Assembly: GCA_021325435.1 (NCBI GenBank)
Contig: JAJPHE010000124.1
Coordinates: 3,921-67,920, forward strand
Direction of reading: 5' to 3'
DNA length: 64,000 nt
Source: Actinomycetota bacterium
Lineage (GTDB): Bacteria; Actinomycetota; Acidimicrobiia; Acidimicrobiales; JAJPHE01
Positions 52,025-61,012 of this stretch are shown piece by piece. Numbering within the stretch: the stretch's first letter is position 1; the number at the start of each line of letters is the position of its first letter. The notes beneath the pieces were generated by a model that saw nothing but the letters and a program-made list of their open reading frames with translations, had not been told where the DNA came from and did no database searches. The translations under genes were made by a program, and so were the position numbers.

Positions 52025-53485
52025 CTAGCCAATCTTCTGCGGCTCCGGCAGGGGGACCCGCAGGCTCACCCGGGTGCCGTCCGTGCCCGCCATGCCGATC
52101 TCCCCTTGGAGCTGGCCGGTCACCAGGTCGCGCACCAGCGACAGGCCGAGGCTGGTGGTCCGGGCCACGTCGAACCCCTCCGGCAGGCCGACCCCGTTGT
52201 CGATAACGGTCACCCGCAGCTCGGACCCGTCGTTGGCGAAGTCCAGCGCCACCCGCCGCGCCTCCGCCCCGGGGTCCGACCCGTCCACGAAAGCGTGCTC
52301 CACCGCGTTCTGCAGCAGCTCCGCCATGACCACCGCCAACGGCGTGGCCACGTCGGCGGGGACCTCCCCGGGGTCGCCGCTCACCTGGATGGCGACGGGC
52401 CGGTCGAAGGACGCGGCGGCGTCCTCGGCCATGTGGACGAGGGAGCGCACGATCTCCCCGAAGGCCACCTGGTCGCCGGGGTCCCGCGACAGGATCTCGT
52501 GGACCAGGGCGATCGACCGGATGCGCCGCTCCGCCTCCTGCAGGGCGGTGCGGCCCTCGTCGGAACCCAGCCGGCGGCCCTGCAGCCGCAGCAGCGACGA
52601 GATGGTCTGCAGGTTGTTCTTCACCCGGTGGTGGACCTCGCGGATGGTGGCGTCCTTGGAGATCAGGAGCCGGTCGCGCCGGCGCAGGTCGGTGACGTCA
52701 CGCATGAGGGCCACCGCGCCGGACGGTCGCCCCTCCTCCAGCAAGGGGATCACCCTGATGACGACGATCAGGTCGGGGCGACGCTCGACCTCCTCGGTGA
52801 CGGGCATCGCCGTCTGCAGGGCCCGCTCGGTCGACGTCACCTCGAGTCCCAGCTCGTCAAGCCGGGCCCCGGCGACATTGCTGTGCACCCCCATGCGGTG
52901 CAGGGCCGACACCGCGTTCGGTGACGCGTACTCGATGCGCCCGCGACCGTCGACGAGTACGACGCCGTCACCGACCCGAGGCGCCTCCGCCGCCGCCGAG
53001 TCCTCGGCGGTGTCGAACGGGAACTCGCCGTTGACGATCATGCGGGCGAAACGGTCGAAGGTGTCGACGTAGACCGCCTCCAGCTCGCCCTGGCGGCGCC
53101 CGACCGTCGGGGCCGACTCGCGGGTGAGCACGGCCAGCATGCGGCCACCGTGGCGCACGGGGATGCACTGCACCCGCGCCCGCTCGGCGCCGACCTGTTG
53201 CATCTCGCCCTCGACGATGGCTCCCAGCTGCCACGACCGGGCCACCAACGGTCGGTCCGTCTCCTCGTAGGTGCGGCCCAGCATGTCCTCGCGATAGAGG
53301 GTGGGGTTGGTCGTGGGGCGCATCTGCCCGACGATCCGGAACACCGACGGATCCTCCTCCGAGGTCGGCACCAGCAGGAGCAGGTCGGCGAAGCACAGGT
53401 CGGCGAGCATCCCCCAGCTGCCCATCAGCCGCTGCAGGTGGCCCACGTCCTCGGGGCTGAGCCACTCGGGGAGCGCTTGGGGCAT
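52025..53485 (-). CDS. pdtaS: PdtaS-type sensor histidine kinase (GAF-PAS-HisKA_2-HATPase)
   Basis: ORF 52025..53485. H-box IREVHHRVKNNLQTISSLLRLQ; C-terminal ATPase domain. Convergent with whiB, as I recall for Rv3219/Rv3220c. Confidence 0.8.
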   Translation of the reverse strand: MPQALPEWLSPEDVGHLQRLMGSWGMLADLCFADLLLLVPTSEEDPSVFRIVGQMRPTTNPTLYREDMLGRTYEETDRPLVARSWQLGAIVEGEMQQVGAERARVQCIPVRHGGRMLAVLTRESAPTVGRRQGELEAVYVDTFDRFARMIVNGEFPFDTAEDSAAAEAPRVGDGVVLVDGRGRIEYASPNAVSALHRMGVHSNVAGARLDELGLEVTSTERALQTAMPVTEEVERRPDLIVVIRVIPLLEEGRPSGAVALMRDVTDLRRRDRLLISKDATIREVHHRVKNNLQTISSLLRLQGRRLGSDEGRTALQEAERRIRSIALVHEILSRDPGDQVAFGEIVRSLVHMAEDAAASFDRPVAIQVSGDPGEVPADVATPLAVVMAELLQNAVEHAFVDGSDPGAEARRVALDFANDGSELRVTVIDNGVGLPEGFDVARTTSLGLSLVRDLVTGQLQGEIGMAGTDGTRVSLRVPLPEPQKIG

Positions 53486-53500
53486 GGCCGGCGACCGCCC

Positions 53501-54367
53501 TCAGATACCGACGGAGTGACGGACCCGCCCCCGGAAGGCGGCCAGCTCGGTGTAGCCCGCCGCACCGAGCAGCTGGCGCAGGTCGTCGCTGCGGAAGGCG
53601 ACCTGGCCGGGGCCGTGGGTGTCCGAGGCGGTGGTGACGGGCACGCCGGCCGCGGCCAGCTTGGTCAGCAGGTCGGGCGCCGGGTAGGCCTCGGCCGCCG
53701 GCTTGCGCCACCCGGCCGAGCTCACCTCGGCGGCCATGCCGGTCCGGGCGGCGGCCTCGGCGATGCGGTCGTGGAACTCATCCGGTGCGGCCGGCCGGTG
53801 GCCGGCGACCTTGGCCAGATCGGGGTGGGCCAGCACGTCGCAGGTGGCGCTGTCGGCCAGCTCTTCGAGGCAGGTGGTGTAGGCGTCCCACACGGCGTCG
53901 ATGCCCCGCCTCCCCCACTCGGCGACCATGTCGGGGTCCTCCAGCCAATCGAACAGCCACGCCCCGATCCAGTGCACCGAGCCGAGCAGCACGTCGAACG
54001 GGTAGCCGGCCAGCAGACCGGCGACCTTGGCCATGAGGCCCGGGTAGTGGTCCACCTCCAGTCCGAGCAGCACCGGCAGCCCCGCCGCCTTTGCCTCCAT
54101 CACCGTGGCCACGTAGTCGTCGAGATCGGCGTGGGCGTGGTCGTCCCAGTAGCGGGCCATGGCGGCGCGCAGGTTGGGATCGGGGTCGTCGTCCCAGAAG
54201 TCACCGAGGAGATCGCGGGCGGACCGGAAGCGGAAGAGGTGCTCGGTGACGGCGATCTCGCCCACGCCGGCACCGGCCGCCAGGGCGCAGTACTCGGACA
54301 GCTCCTCGACGGTCGGCGCCCGGTCGCGCTGGCCGTGGGGCCACAGGTGCACGTGGTAGTCGAGCAC
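53501..54367 (-). CDS. PHP-domain histidinol-phosphatase-family protein
   Basis: ORF 53501..54367. MLDYHVHLWPHG, VTEHL, LGLEVD, GSVHW, LAHPD, and TASDTH metal-ligand pattern. Confidence 0.75.
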   Translation of the reverse strand: MLDYHVHLWPHGQRDRAPTVEELSEYCALAAGAGVGEIAVTEHLFRFRSARDLLGDFWDDDPDPNLRAAMARYWDDHAHADLDDYVATVMEAKAAGLPVLLGLEVDHYPGLMAKVAGLLAGYPFDVLLGSVHWIGAWLFDWLEDPDMVAEWGRRGIDAVWDAYTTCLEELADSATCDVLAHPDLAKVAGHRPAAPDEFHDRIAEAAARTGMAAEVSSAGWRKPAAEAYPAPDLLTKLAAAGVPVTTASDTHGPGQVAFRSDDLRQLLGAAGYTELAAFRGRVRHSVGI

Positions 54368-54370
54368 CGC

Positions 54371-55018
54371 CTAGCCGGCCTTGCGGATCAGCGTGACTCC
54401 GTCGCGCACGGTGAGTTGCACGCACACGACGCGGGGGTCCGCCGCCACCCGCTCGTTGAACTGGCGGATGGCCGCGGTGTCCTCGCTTTGGTCGGACTGG
54501 TCGATGACCCGCCCGCTCCACAGGGTGTTGTCGGCCATGATCAGCCCGGAGTCGGTCAGCTTGGGCAGGACCGCTTCGAAGTAGTTGAGGTAGTTGCGCT
54601 TGTCGGCGTCGATGAAGACCAGGTCGAAGGGCCCCTCGAGGCGGGCGATGGACTCGAGCGCCGGCCCGAACCGCAGCTCGATACGGTCGGCATGCGGGCT
54701 GGCGGCGATGTGGCGGCGGGCGATGTCGGCGTGGCGCTCGGACACCTCGCAGGTGACGATGAGCCCGTCCGGGGGCAGGGCGGCCGCCATCGACAGCGAG
54801 GAGTAGCCGGTGAAGGTGCCGATCTCGAGGATCCGCCGGGCCCGGCTGGCGAACACCATCATCTCGAGGAAGCGGCCCTCGAGGGCGCCCACCATCATGC
54901 CGGAGAGGGCGCCCAGCTCCGCCTTGGTCTCCTCGGCCAGGTGCTGGAGGTGGGCGGCCGGCGGGGTGGTATGGGACTCGGCGTATGCCTCGATCGACGG
55001 TTCGATGACCCCGGCCAT
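54371..55018 (-). CDS. Class I SAM-dependent O-methyltransferase (caffeoyl-CoA OMT-like)
   Basis: ORF 54371..55018. SAM motif ILEIGTFTGYSSL; FIDADKRNY; ADNTLWSG. Confidence 0.8.
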   Translation of the reverse strand: MAGVIEPSIEAYAESHTTPPAAHLQHLAEETKAELGALSGMMVGALEGRFLEMMVFASRARRILEIGTFTGYSSLSMAAALPPDGLIVTCEVSERHADIARRHIAASPHADRIELRFGPALESIARLEGPFDLVFIDADKRNYLNYFEAVLPKLTDSGLIMADNTLWSGRVIDQSDQSEDTAAIRQFNERVAADPRVVCVQLTVRDGVTLIRKAG

Positions 55019-55019
55019 G

Positions 55020-56195
55020 TCAGCTCCAGATCGCCTCGCCCAGGCGCAGCAGGCCGCCCAGGTCGCAGATGTCGGTTTCGAAGAAGGGCACGGTCGCCAC
55101 CACCTCCGGGCTCACGGCCAGCTCGGCTCGCTGCTCGGCCTCGCGCTGGGCCACCACCTGGAAGTTGAGGAAGCTGGCGGACACCTCGGTGAGCACCCGC
55201 TCGACCTGGCTGCGCTCGGCGGACAGGTCGAGGTAGGCGGCGAGCTCGGCGGCGCGCGACTCGATCCGCTCGGCCGTGCGGGTGGCCTCCTCGTCGAGCA
55301 GGTACTCGGGGAGGACCCGGTTGAGGACGACCGCCCCCAGGTGGAGCCGGCGTTCGTCGAGGGCGTCGATGAAGAACTCCGCCTCGTGCAGGGGGGACGC
55401 CTCGAGCGTGCTCACGACCACGAACGTGGTGCGGCGGTCGTGCAGCAGGCGCGACACGGCCCGGGCCCGCTCGACGAAGCCGTCGTACATGGTCTGGAAC
55501 AGGATGAAGAACTCGGCGATGTCCTCGAGGAACTGGCTGCCGAGGATGCGGTCGGCCACCTGGTAGAAGGGCCGCGACGCCAGGTTCACCAGCCGCGACC
55601 GGTAGGGGGCGATGAGCCAGCGCAGCAGGCGGCTGGAGAAGAAGTCGCCCATTCGGGCCGGCGCCTCGAGGAAGTCGATGGCGTTGCGGGTCGGGGGGGT
55701 GTCCACCACGATCAGGTCGTAGCTGCCCTCGCTGTGGATCTCGTAGAGGCGCTCCATGGCGATGTAGTCGTGGCTCTGCACGAAACGGCTGGAGATGTTC
55801 TGGTAGAGCGGGTTGCCGAGGATGCGGTGGGCGGTGTCCTCGTCGGGGGCGTGGCGCAGCACCAGCTGGTCCCACGACTGCTTGGTGTCGAGCATGGCGG
55901 CCCACAGCTCGCCCCGCGGGGTAACCCCCGCCTGCTGGAAGGCCTCGGCAGGGACCTGGTGCTCGTCGTTGCCGATCCCCTCGAGCCCGAGGGCCTGGGC
56001 CAGCCGACGGGCAGGGTCGACGGTCACCACCAGCACCTTGCTGCCGTGACGTACCGCAGCCATGGCGGCGGCGGCGGCGGCCGTGGTCGTCTTGCCCACC
56101 CCCCCCGACCCGCAGCAGATGGCGATCTCCTTGGCCGCCAGCAGCTGGTCGACGGTGGCGGCCCGGCCGTCGCCGTGCTTGTCCCGCGGGGTCAT
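55020..56195 (-). CDS. ArsA/Get3-like P-loop ATPase (second of pair)
   Basis: ORF 55020..56195. Deviant Walker A CCGSGGVGKTT; VVVDTPPTRNAIDFLE. Confidence 0.8.
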   Translation of the reverse strand: MTPRDKHGDGRAATVDQLLAAKEIAICCGSGGVGKTTTAAAAAAMAAVRHGSKVLVVTVDPARRLAQALGLEGIGNDEHQVPAEAFQQAGVTPRGELWAAMLDTKQSWDQLVLRHAPDEDTAHRILGNPLYQNISSRFVQSHDYIAMERLYEIHSEGSYDLIVVDTPPTRNAIDFLEAPARMGDFFSSRLLRWLIAPYRSRLVNLASRPFYQVADRILGSQFLEDIAEFFILFQTMYDGFVERARAVSRLLHDRRTTFVVVSTLEASPLHEAEFFIDALDERRLHLGAVVLNRVLPEYLLDEEATRTAERIESRAAELAAYLDLSAERSQVERVLTEVSASFLNFQVVAQREAEQRAELAVSPEVVATVPFFETDICDLGGLLRLGEAIWS

Positions 56196-56199
56196 CGGG

Positions 56200-57147
56200 T
56201 CATATCCCCAGCTCGGCCGCCAGGGCGGCGGTCACCTGGCGGAGGGCCCGCTGCCCGTGGGCCCGGGTGAACAGGTAGGGCACGTAGATCAGGGGCACCG
56301 AGTGGTCGATGCCGTCGCGCAACCGCTGCAGATGGCCGGCCCGGGTGCGGCGGAGGGTGACGGCCAGGCGGGCGGCGGCCAGCAGGGGCCCGGCGTCGCC
56401 GGAGGCGGCCTCGCCGAGGTTCTCGGCGACCTCCGGGTCGCACAGGGTCTCGAAGATCTCCTCCTCGGCCCGGGTGAACAGCTCCGGCAGCACCCGGTTG
56501 ACGACGACGGCGGCCAAATCGACGGTCGTCTCCTTGGAGATCCGCTCGGCCAGCTCGACCGTCTCGACCACCGGCATCTCCTCGGGGGTGGCCACCAGGC
56601 ACAGGCCGGTCACATCGGGGTCGGAGAGGATGTCGAGCATCCACCCCGTTTGCTGGCGCACCCGACCCACCTGCACCAGGCTGTTGATGGCCTGAGGGGC
56701 GGCCAGCTGGCCGACGATGTGGCCGGTGGCGCTGGCGTCCACCACGATCAGGTCGTAGTGGCGCTCGCGCACCTCGTAGGCGAGTTTGCCGACGGTGAGG
56801 ATCTCCTTCACGCCGGGGGCGGCGGTGGCCACGAAGTCGAAGGCCCGGGCCACCGGTCCGATGCGGCCCACCATGGGCACCCGCAGTTGGATGTTGAGGT
56901 ACTCGCGCAGCGACTCCTCGGTGTTCATCGACATGGCCCACAGCCCCGGCTGGACCTGGCGGGGCTGGTAGCCGGTCTGGTCGCACTCGTAGGAGGAGGC
57001 GATGTCGCCCTTGGCGTCGATCTCGCAGACCAGCGTCTTCTGGCCGCGCTCCGCCGCCAGCAGGGCGAGGGCGGCGGCGATGGTGGTTTTGCCGACGCCG
57101 CCCTTGCCGCTGACGAACAGCAGCTTGCGGTCGAGGAGGGCGGTCAT
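56200..57147 (-). CDS. ArsA/Get3-like P-loop ATPase (first of pair)
   Basis: Trimmed from ORF 56200..57276 to ATG 57147 (MTALLDRKLLFVSGKGGVGKTT). IVVDASATGH. Confidence 0.8.
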   Translation of the reverse strand: MTALLDRKLLFVSGKGGVGKTTIAAALALLAAERGQKTLVCEIDAKGDIASSYECDQTGYQPRQVQPGLWAMSMNTEESLREYLNIQLRVPMVGRIGPVARAFDFVATAAPGVKEILTVGKLAYEVRERHYDLIVVDASATGHIVGQLAAPQAINSLVQVGRVRQQTGWMLDILSDPDVTGLCLVATPEEMPVVETVELAERISKETTVDLAAVVVNRVLPELFTRAEEEIFETLCDPEVAENLGEAASGDAGPLLAAARLAVTLRRTRAGHLQRLRDGIDHSVPLIYVPYLFTRAHGQRALRQVTAALAAELGI

Positions 57148-57157
57148 CGGACCCGGG

Positions 57158-57397
57158 CTACGGGGTGCCGAAACCGACCCGGCGGTCCTCGCCGGGAGCC
57201 CCGATCTCGACGTAGGCGACCTTGGCCGAGGGCAGGCCCACCTTGCGGCCCCTGCGGTCGGTGAGCCAGAGCACACCCTCGGGGCGCCCCAGCGCCTCGT
57301 CGATGCTCTTGGACAGCTGGTCGCGGTCGGCGTCGTCCGCCAGCTCCACCTCGATCTCCCTCGGCGCCTGGGTGACGCCGACGCGAACGACGATCAC
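57158..57397 (-). CDS. DUF3107-family small protein
   Basis: Trimmed from shadow ORF 57158..57931 to GTG 57397 (GAAGGAG 6 nt upstream). 79 aa, VIVVRVGVTQAPREIEVE...LWLTDRRGRKVGLPSAKVAYVEIG. Family recognised from memory. Confidence 0.65.
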   Translation of the reverse strand: MIVVRVGVTQAPREIEVELADDADRDQLSKSIDEALGRPEGVLWLTDRRGRKVGLPSAKVAYVEIGAPGEDRRVGFGTP

Positions 57398-57488
57398 GGC
57401 AACTCCTTCTCGGTCCCCAACGGGGCTCGTGGCTGGGCCATCGTAGGCGTCCCTCGGGACCGTCACAGCGGTCGGCCACACTGGTGGC

Positions 57489-58643
57489 GTGAGCGAGCTG
57501 GCCGAACTTCCGGGCCCGAGCGAGCGGGCCGTCCGCTGGGGTTCCACCATGGACGGCCACCCGGCGGCCACCGGAGTGCGCCGGGCCCATCTCGACAGCC
57601 GGGCCCAGGTGGGGCGCACCCCCGCCCGGCGACGCGAGGAGCGCGAGGAGGCCGAGGACGCCGCCCTGGCCCCCGGGGCGACCCGCGCAGCCGGGGCCGG
57701 CCGGCGGGCGGCGCCCGAGGAGCCCGACCCTCTGCGGACCTGCTTCGAGCGCGACCGCGACCGGATCCTGCACCGGACCACGGCGTTCCGCCGCCTGGCG
57801 GGCAAGACCCAGGTCTTCATCTTCCCCGAGGACCACCAGCGGACCCGGCTGACCCACGCCCTCGAGGTGGCCCAGGTGGCCACCAGCATCGCCCGGGCGG
57901 CCCGGCTCAACGTGGCCCTGACCGAGGCCATCGCCCTGGGCCATGACTGCGGGCACGGTCCGGGCGGCCACGCCAGCGAGGACGCCCTCGACCCCTACGT
58001 GGCCGGAGGCTTCGACCACGCCGTCTGGGGCGCCGACGTGGTGCTGTCCCACCTGAACCTGTGCACCGAGACCCTGGACGGCATCCGCAACCACTCCTGG
58101 TCCCGTCCCGCTCCGTCCACTCCGGAGGGGGAGGTGGTGAGCTGGGCCGACCGCATCGCCTATGTGTGTCACGACTTCGAGGACGCGGTGTGGGCCGGCA
58201 TCGTCACCCCGGCGATGCTGCCCGACGTGGTGAAGCAGCGCTGCGGCGCCCGCCGGGGCGAGCAGCTGGGGGCCTTCATCGACGCCGTGGTGGAAACCAT
58301 CTCCGCCACCGGCGAGGTGGGCATGGCCGAGGACATGGCCGAGGCTCTCTCGGAGTTCCGCCGGCTCAACTACGAACAGGTCTACCTGCGCCCGGCGTCG
58401 GTCGCCCAGGGCCAGGCCGTGGTCCGCCTGCTGCGGGCCCTGGTCGAGCACTTCGTCGACCGCCCCAACCTGATACCGGCGGTCGCCGAAGCCGGCGGCG
58501 TGCCGGCGGGCAGCGAGGCCGCCCTGCACGAGGCGGTCGCCTACGTGGCCGGCATGACCGACCGCTACGCCTGCCAGATGGCGATGGCCCACCTGGCGTG
58601 GGACCGGTCCCAGCTGCCGGGCGGAGTCGACATCCCCCGCTAG
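57489..58643 (+). CDS. dgt: dGTP triphosphohydrolase-like HD-domain protein
   Basis: ORF 57489..58643 (GTG). The true start may be further downstream, because the first ~90 aa are low-complexity. FERDRDRILH, TRLTHALEVAQV, and LGHDCGHGPGGH. Confidence 0.75.
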   Translation: MSELAELPGPSERAVRWGSTMDGHPAATGVRRAHLDSRAQVGRTPARRREEREEAEDAALAPGATRAAGAGRRAAPEEPDPLRTCFERDRDRILHRTTAFRRLAGKTQVFIFPEDHQRTRLTHALEVAQVATSIARAARLNVALTEAIALGHDCGHGPGGHASEDALDPYVAGGFDHAVWGADVVLSHLNLCTETLDGIRNHSWSRPAPSTPEGEVVSWADRIAYVCHDFEDAVWAGIVTPAMLPDVVKQRCGARRGEQLGAFIDAVVETISATGEVGMAEDMAEALSEFRRLNYEQVYLRPASVAQGQAVVRLLRALVEHFVDRPNLIPAVAEAGGVPAGSEAALHEAVAYVAGMTDRYACQMAMAHLAWDRSQLPGGVDIPR

Positions 58644-59236
58644 CTCTCCGCCGCCATCTCGTCGGCCCAGGCCGGTGCGTGACGGCGGGCCCACCTGCGG
58701 CTCACCCGACCGGTGATCATCGAGCGCAGGCTGGCGGGATGGGTCAGAGCCATGCCGACGTGACCGACGATCACCACCACGATGAAGGTGGCGAGCACGT
58801 CGTGCACGAACGTGGCGCCCGTCCGCCACGAATCGGGGAAGGGCCCGAACCACCACATCACCGCCCCGGTCATCAGCATGACGACGATCGACCCGCCGGT
58901 GAAGGAGACGTTCAGCTTCTGGCCCGGGTTCAGCTTGTCCAGCCGCACGAAGGCGTCTCTTCCGAACGAGCGCAACCAGGCCAGCTCCCCCGCGCTCCAC
59001 CGGTTGACCCGGCGCAGGTCGGCCCGCAGCGTCCGCCCCCACGGACCGAGAACCGACAGCAGCACGGGCACGGGCAGGAACACGCCGGTCCAGACGTGGA
59101 TGCGGGCCACCACGTCGCGGTGGCCGACCACGGCGGCCAGCGACCCGAAATAGAGGGGGATCGCCGTCAGCACGAGCACGGAGAACATGGCGGCGTTGAC
59201 CCAGTGCAGGGCTCGCTCGACTCCGTCGAACCGCAC
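58640..59236 (-). CDS. Membrane b-type cytochrome (cytochrome b561 / Ni-hydrogenase CytB-like)
   Basis: Trimmed from ORF 58640..59677 to GTG 59236 (VRFDGVERALHWVNA...). Four helices with conserved His positions (HW, HVW, VHD, GHVG). Confidence 0.65.
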   Translation of the reverse strand: MRFDGVERALHWVNAAMFSVLVLTAIPLYFGSLAAVVGHRDVVARIHVWTGVFLPVPVLLSVLGPWGRTLRADLRRVNRWSAGELAWLRSFGRDAFVRLDKLNPGQKLNVSFTGGSIVVMLMTGAVMWWFGPFPDSWRTGATFVHDVLATFIVVVIVGHVGMALTHPASLRSMITGRVSRRWARRHAPAWADEMAAES

Positions 59237-59279
59237 GACGGAGCCGGCGTCAACGTCTTGGCCGCCGGGGCCGGGCCGC

Positions 59280-60008
59280 TCAGGACGTCGGAGCGTCGTC
59301 ACGGCCGTTGGACCGTCCCACCCAGGCGTCGATGTCGTAGCCGTTCTGCTCCCAGTAGCCCGGCTCCACCCGGTCGACCACCCGGATGCCCGACAGCCAC
59401 TTGCACGACTTGTAGCCGTACATGGGGGCGACGTAGAGCCGGACCGGGCCACCGTGCTGCGAGGTGACCGGGCCGCCCTCGAACCCGTAGGCGGCGATGA
59501 CGTCGGGCCGGCGGGCCTGATCGAGGGTGAGGCTCTCGGTGTACACGCCGTCGAAGGAGTCGAAGCGCAGCGCCCGCGCTGACGGGAGAACCCCCGCCTC
59601 ATCCAGCAGCGTCGAGATGAGAACGCCGTCCCAGCGGACCTTGGCCACCCGCCAGCCGGTGACGCACTGGAAGTCACGCACCAGGGTGGTGGACGGCATC
59701 CCCTTCAACTGATCGAAGGACAGCTCCAACGGCCGCTCGACCAGGCCGGTGACGGACAACCGGTACTGCGAAGTGGGCATGGAGGGCAGCGAGTCGGTGA
59801 CGGTGTAGATGCGGAACCGGTCCTCGCCGGGGATGAGGGCGCTCACTCCCCCGCCACTGACCGAGGTGACGGGGCGGAGGGCGGCGGCCACCCAGCGCTG
59901 CACCGACGAACCCACGACCACGCCGGCCGCCCCGAGCCCGACCATGCCGAGGAAGACCCGCCGTCCCACCGGGGTGGCCACCTCGCCGGTGGCCCGGGGG
60001 CTCCTCAC
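59280..60008 (-). CDS. Sulfite-oxidase-family molybdopterin oxidoreductase (MsrP/YedY-like), Tat-exported
   Basis: ORF 59280..60008 (GTG). Twin-arginine signal VGRRVFLGMVGLGAAG; Mo-ligand Cys context FQCVTGW; GGPVRLYVP-like block. Confidence 0.75.
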   Translation of the reverse strand: MRSPRATGEVATPVGRRVFLGMVGLGAAGVVVGSSVQRWVAAALRPVTSVSGGGVSALIPGEDRFRIYTVTDSLPSMPTSQYRLSVTGLVERPLELSFDQLKGMPSTTLVRDFQCVTGWRVAKVRWDGVLISTLLDEAGVLPSARALRFDSFDGVYTESLTLDQARRPDVIAAYGFEGGPVTSQHGGPVRLYVAPMYGYKSCKWLSGIRVVDRVEPGYWEQNGYDIDAWVGRSNGRDDAPTS

Positions 60009-60074
60009 GGCAACGAGCGTAGGGGGCGGCGGCCCGGTTGGGACGTCGGGGTCCGCTATCGGCGGCCCCGGCGC

Positions 60075-60947
60075 TCAGACCGGGTTGACCCGCAGCTCCG
60101 ACCGGTAGATGCGGGTCGGCCCCATCTCGACGATCTTGCTGGCCACCTCGGCGAAGGCCCGGCTGGCCTCGCCGTCGGGGTCGGAGACGGTGACCGGAAC
60201 CCCCCGGTCGCCGCCTTCGCGCACGGCGGTGACGAGCGGAACCTGCCCGATCAGGGGCACGCCCAACGACTGGGCCAGCGATTCGCCGCCTCCGGCGCCG
60301 AACAGCTCGTAGCGGTGGCCGTCGTCGCCGGTGAACCACGACATGTTCTCGATGACGCCCCGGAGGGTGAGGTTGAGCTTGCGGGCCATGTACGCCGTCT
60401 TCTGGGCTACCCGCTGGGCCGCCGGCTGCGGGGTGGTGACGACGAACACCTCCGAGCGGGGCAGGTACTGGCCCATGGACAGGGCGACGTCGCCGGTGCC
60501 CGGCGGCATGTCGATGACGAGGAAGTCGAGGTCGCCCCACGCCACGTCGACGAGGAACTGCTCGAGGGCTTTGTGGAGCATGGGGCCGCGCCACATGACC
60601 GGCTGGTCCTCGCCGACGAAGAAACCCATCGAGATGCAGCTGATGCCGTACGCCTCCGGCGGCAGGATCTTGTTGTCGTCGATGACCGGGGCCTCGGTAA
60701 GCCCGAGCATGAGGGGGACGGAGTAGCCGTACACGTCGGCGTCGAGGATGCCCACCTGGTGGCCGGCCCGGGCCAGCGACACGGCCACGTTGACGGTGAC
60801 CGACGACTTGCCCACGCCCCCCTTGCCCGAGGAGATGCCGAGGATGCGGGTGCGCGAGTCGTTCCCACCGAAGCGGTTCGGGCGTCCCAGCTCGTGGCCC
60901 AGGGGCTGGCCGGCGGGGCCTGGGGCGTGCTGGTGCTCGGTTGCCAT
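60075..60947 (-). CDS. Mrp/ApbC/NBP35-family Fe-S cluster carrier ATPase (no DUF59 N-domain)
   Basis: ORF 60075..60947. SSGKGGVGKSS, VIDMPPGTGD, and GVIENMS. Confidence 0.9.
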   Translation of the reverse strand: MATEHQHAPGPAGQPLGHELGRPNRFGGNDSRTRILGISSGKGGVGKSSVTVNVAVSLARAGHQVGILDADVYGYSVPLMLGLTEAPVIDDNKILPPEAYGISCISMGFFVGEDQPVMWRGPMLHKALEQFLVDVAWGDLDFLVIDMPPGTGDVALSMGQYLPRSEVFVVTTPQPAAQRVAQKTAYMARKLNLTLRGVIENMSWFTGDDGHRYELFGAGGGESLAQSLGVPLIGQVPLVTAVREGGDRGVPVTVSDPDGEASRAFAEVASKIVEMGPTRIYRSELRVNPV

Positions 60948-60968
60948 GCTGGTGAACGGGCCTCCCGA

Positions 60969-60995
60969 CCGGATGGGGGAATTTCTCCTATCCGG
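60969..60995 (+). promoter_or_regulatory. Inverted repeat CCGGAT-N15-ATCCGG in the Mrp/regulator divergent region (candidate operator)
   Basis: Read directly. Lies immediately upstream of the TAGAAT box. Confidence 0.25.
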
Positions 60996-61000
60996 GTAGG

Positions 61001-61006
61001 TAGAAT
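61001..61006 (+). promoter_or_regulatory. -10-like TAGAAT box 6 nt upstream of GTG 61013 (leaderless-type promoter candidate)
   Basis: TAGAAT, then ATCCCT, then GTG. No Shine-Dalgarno sequence. Confidence 0.4.
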
Positions 61007-61012
61007 ATCCCT

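Noticed and set aside
56064-56081. (GGC)6 trinucleotide run, considered as a simple-sequence repeat or phase-variation tract.
   Set aside because: It lies in frame inside the ArsA-like gene, encoding the poly-Ala stretch TTTAAAAAAMAA after the P-loop. Multiples of three do not shift the frame. It is consistent with ordinary high-GC coding bias.
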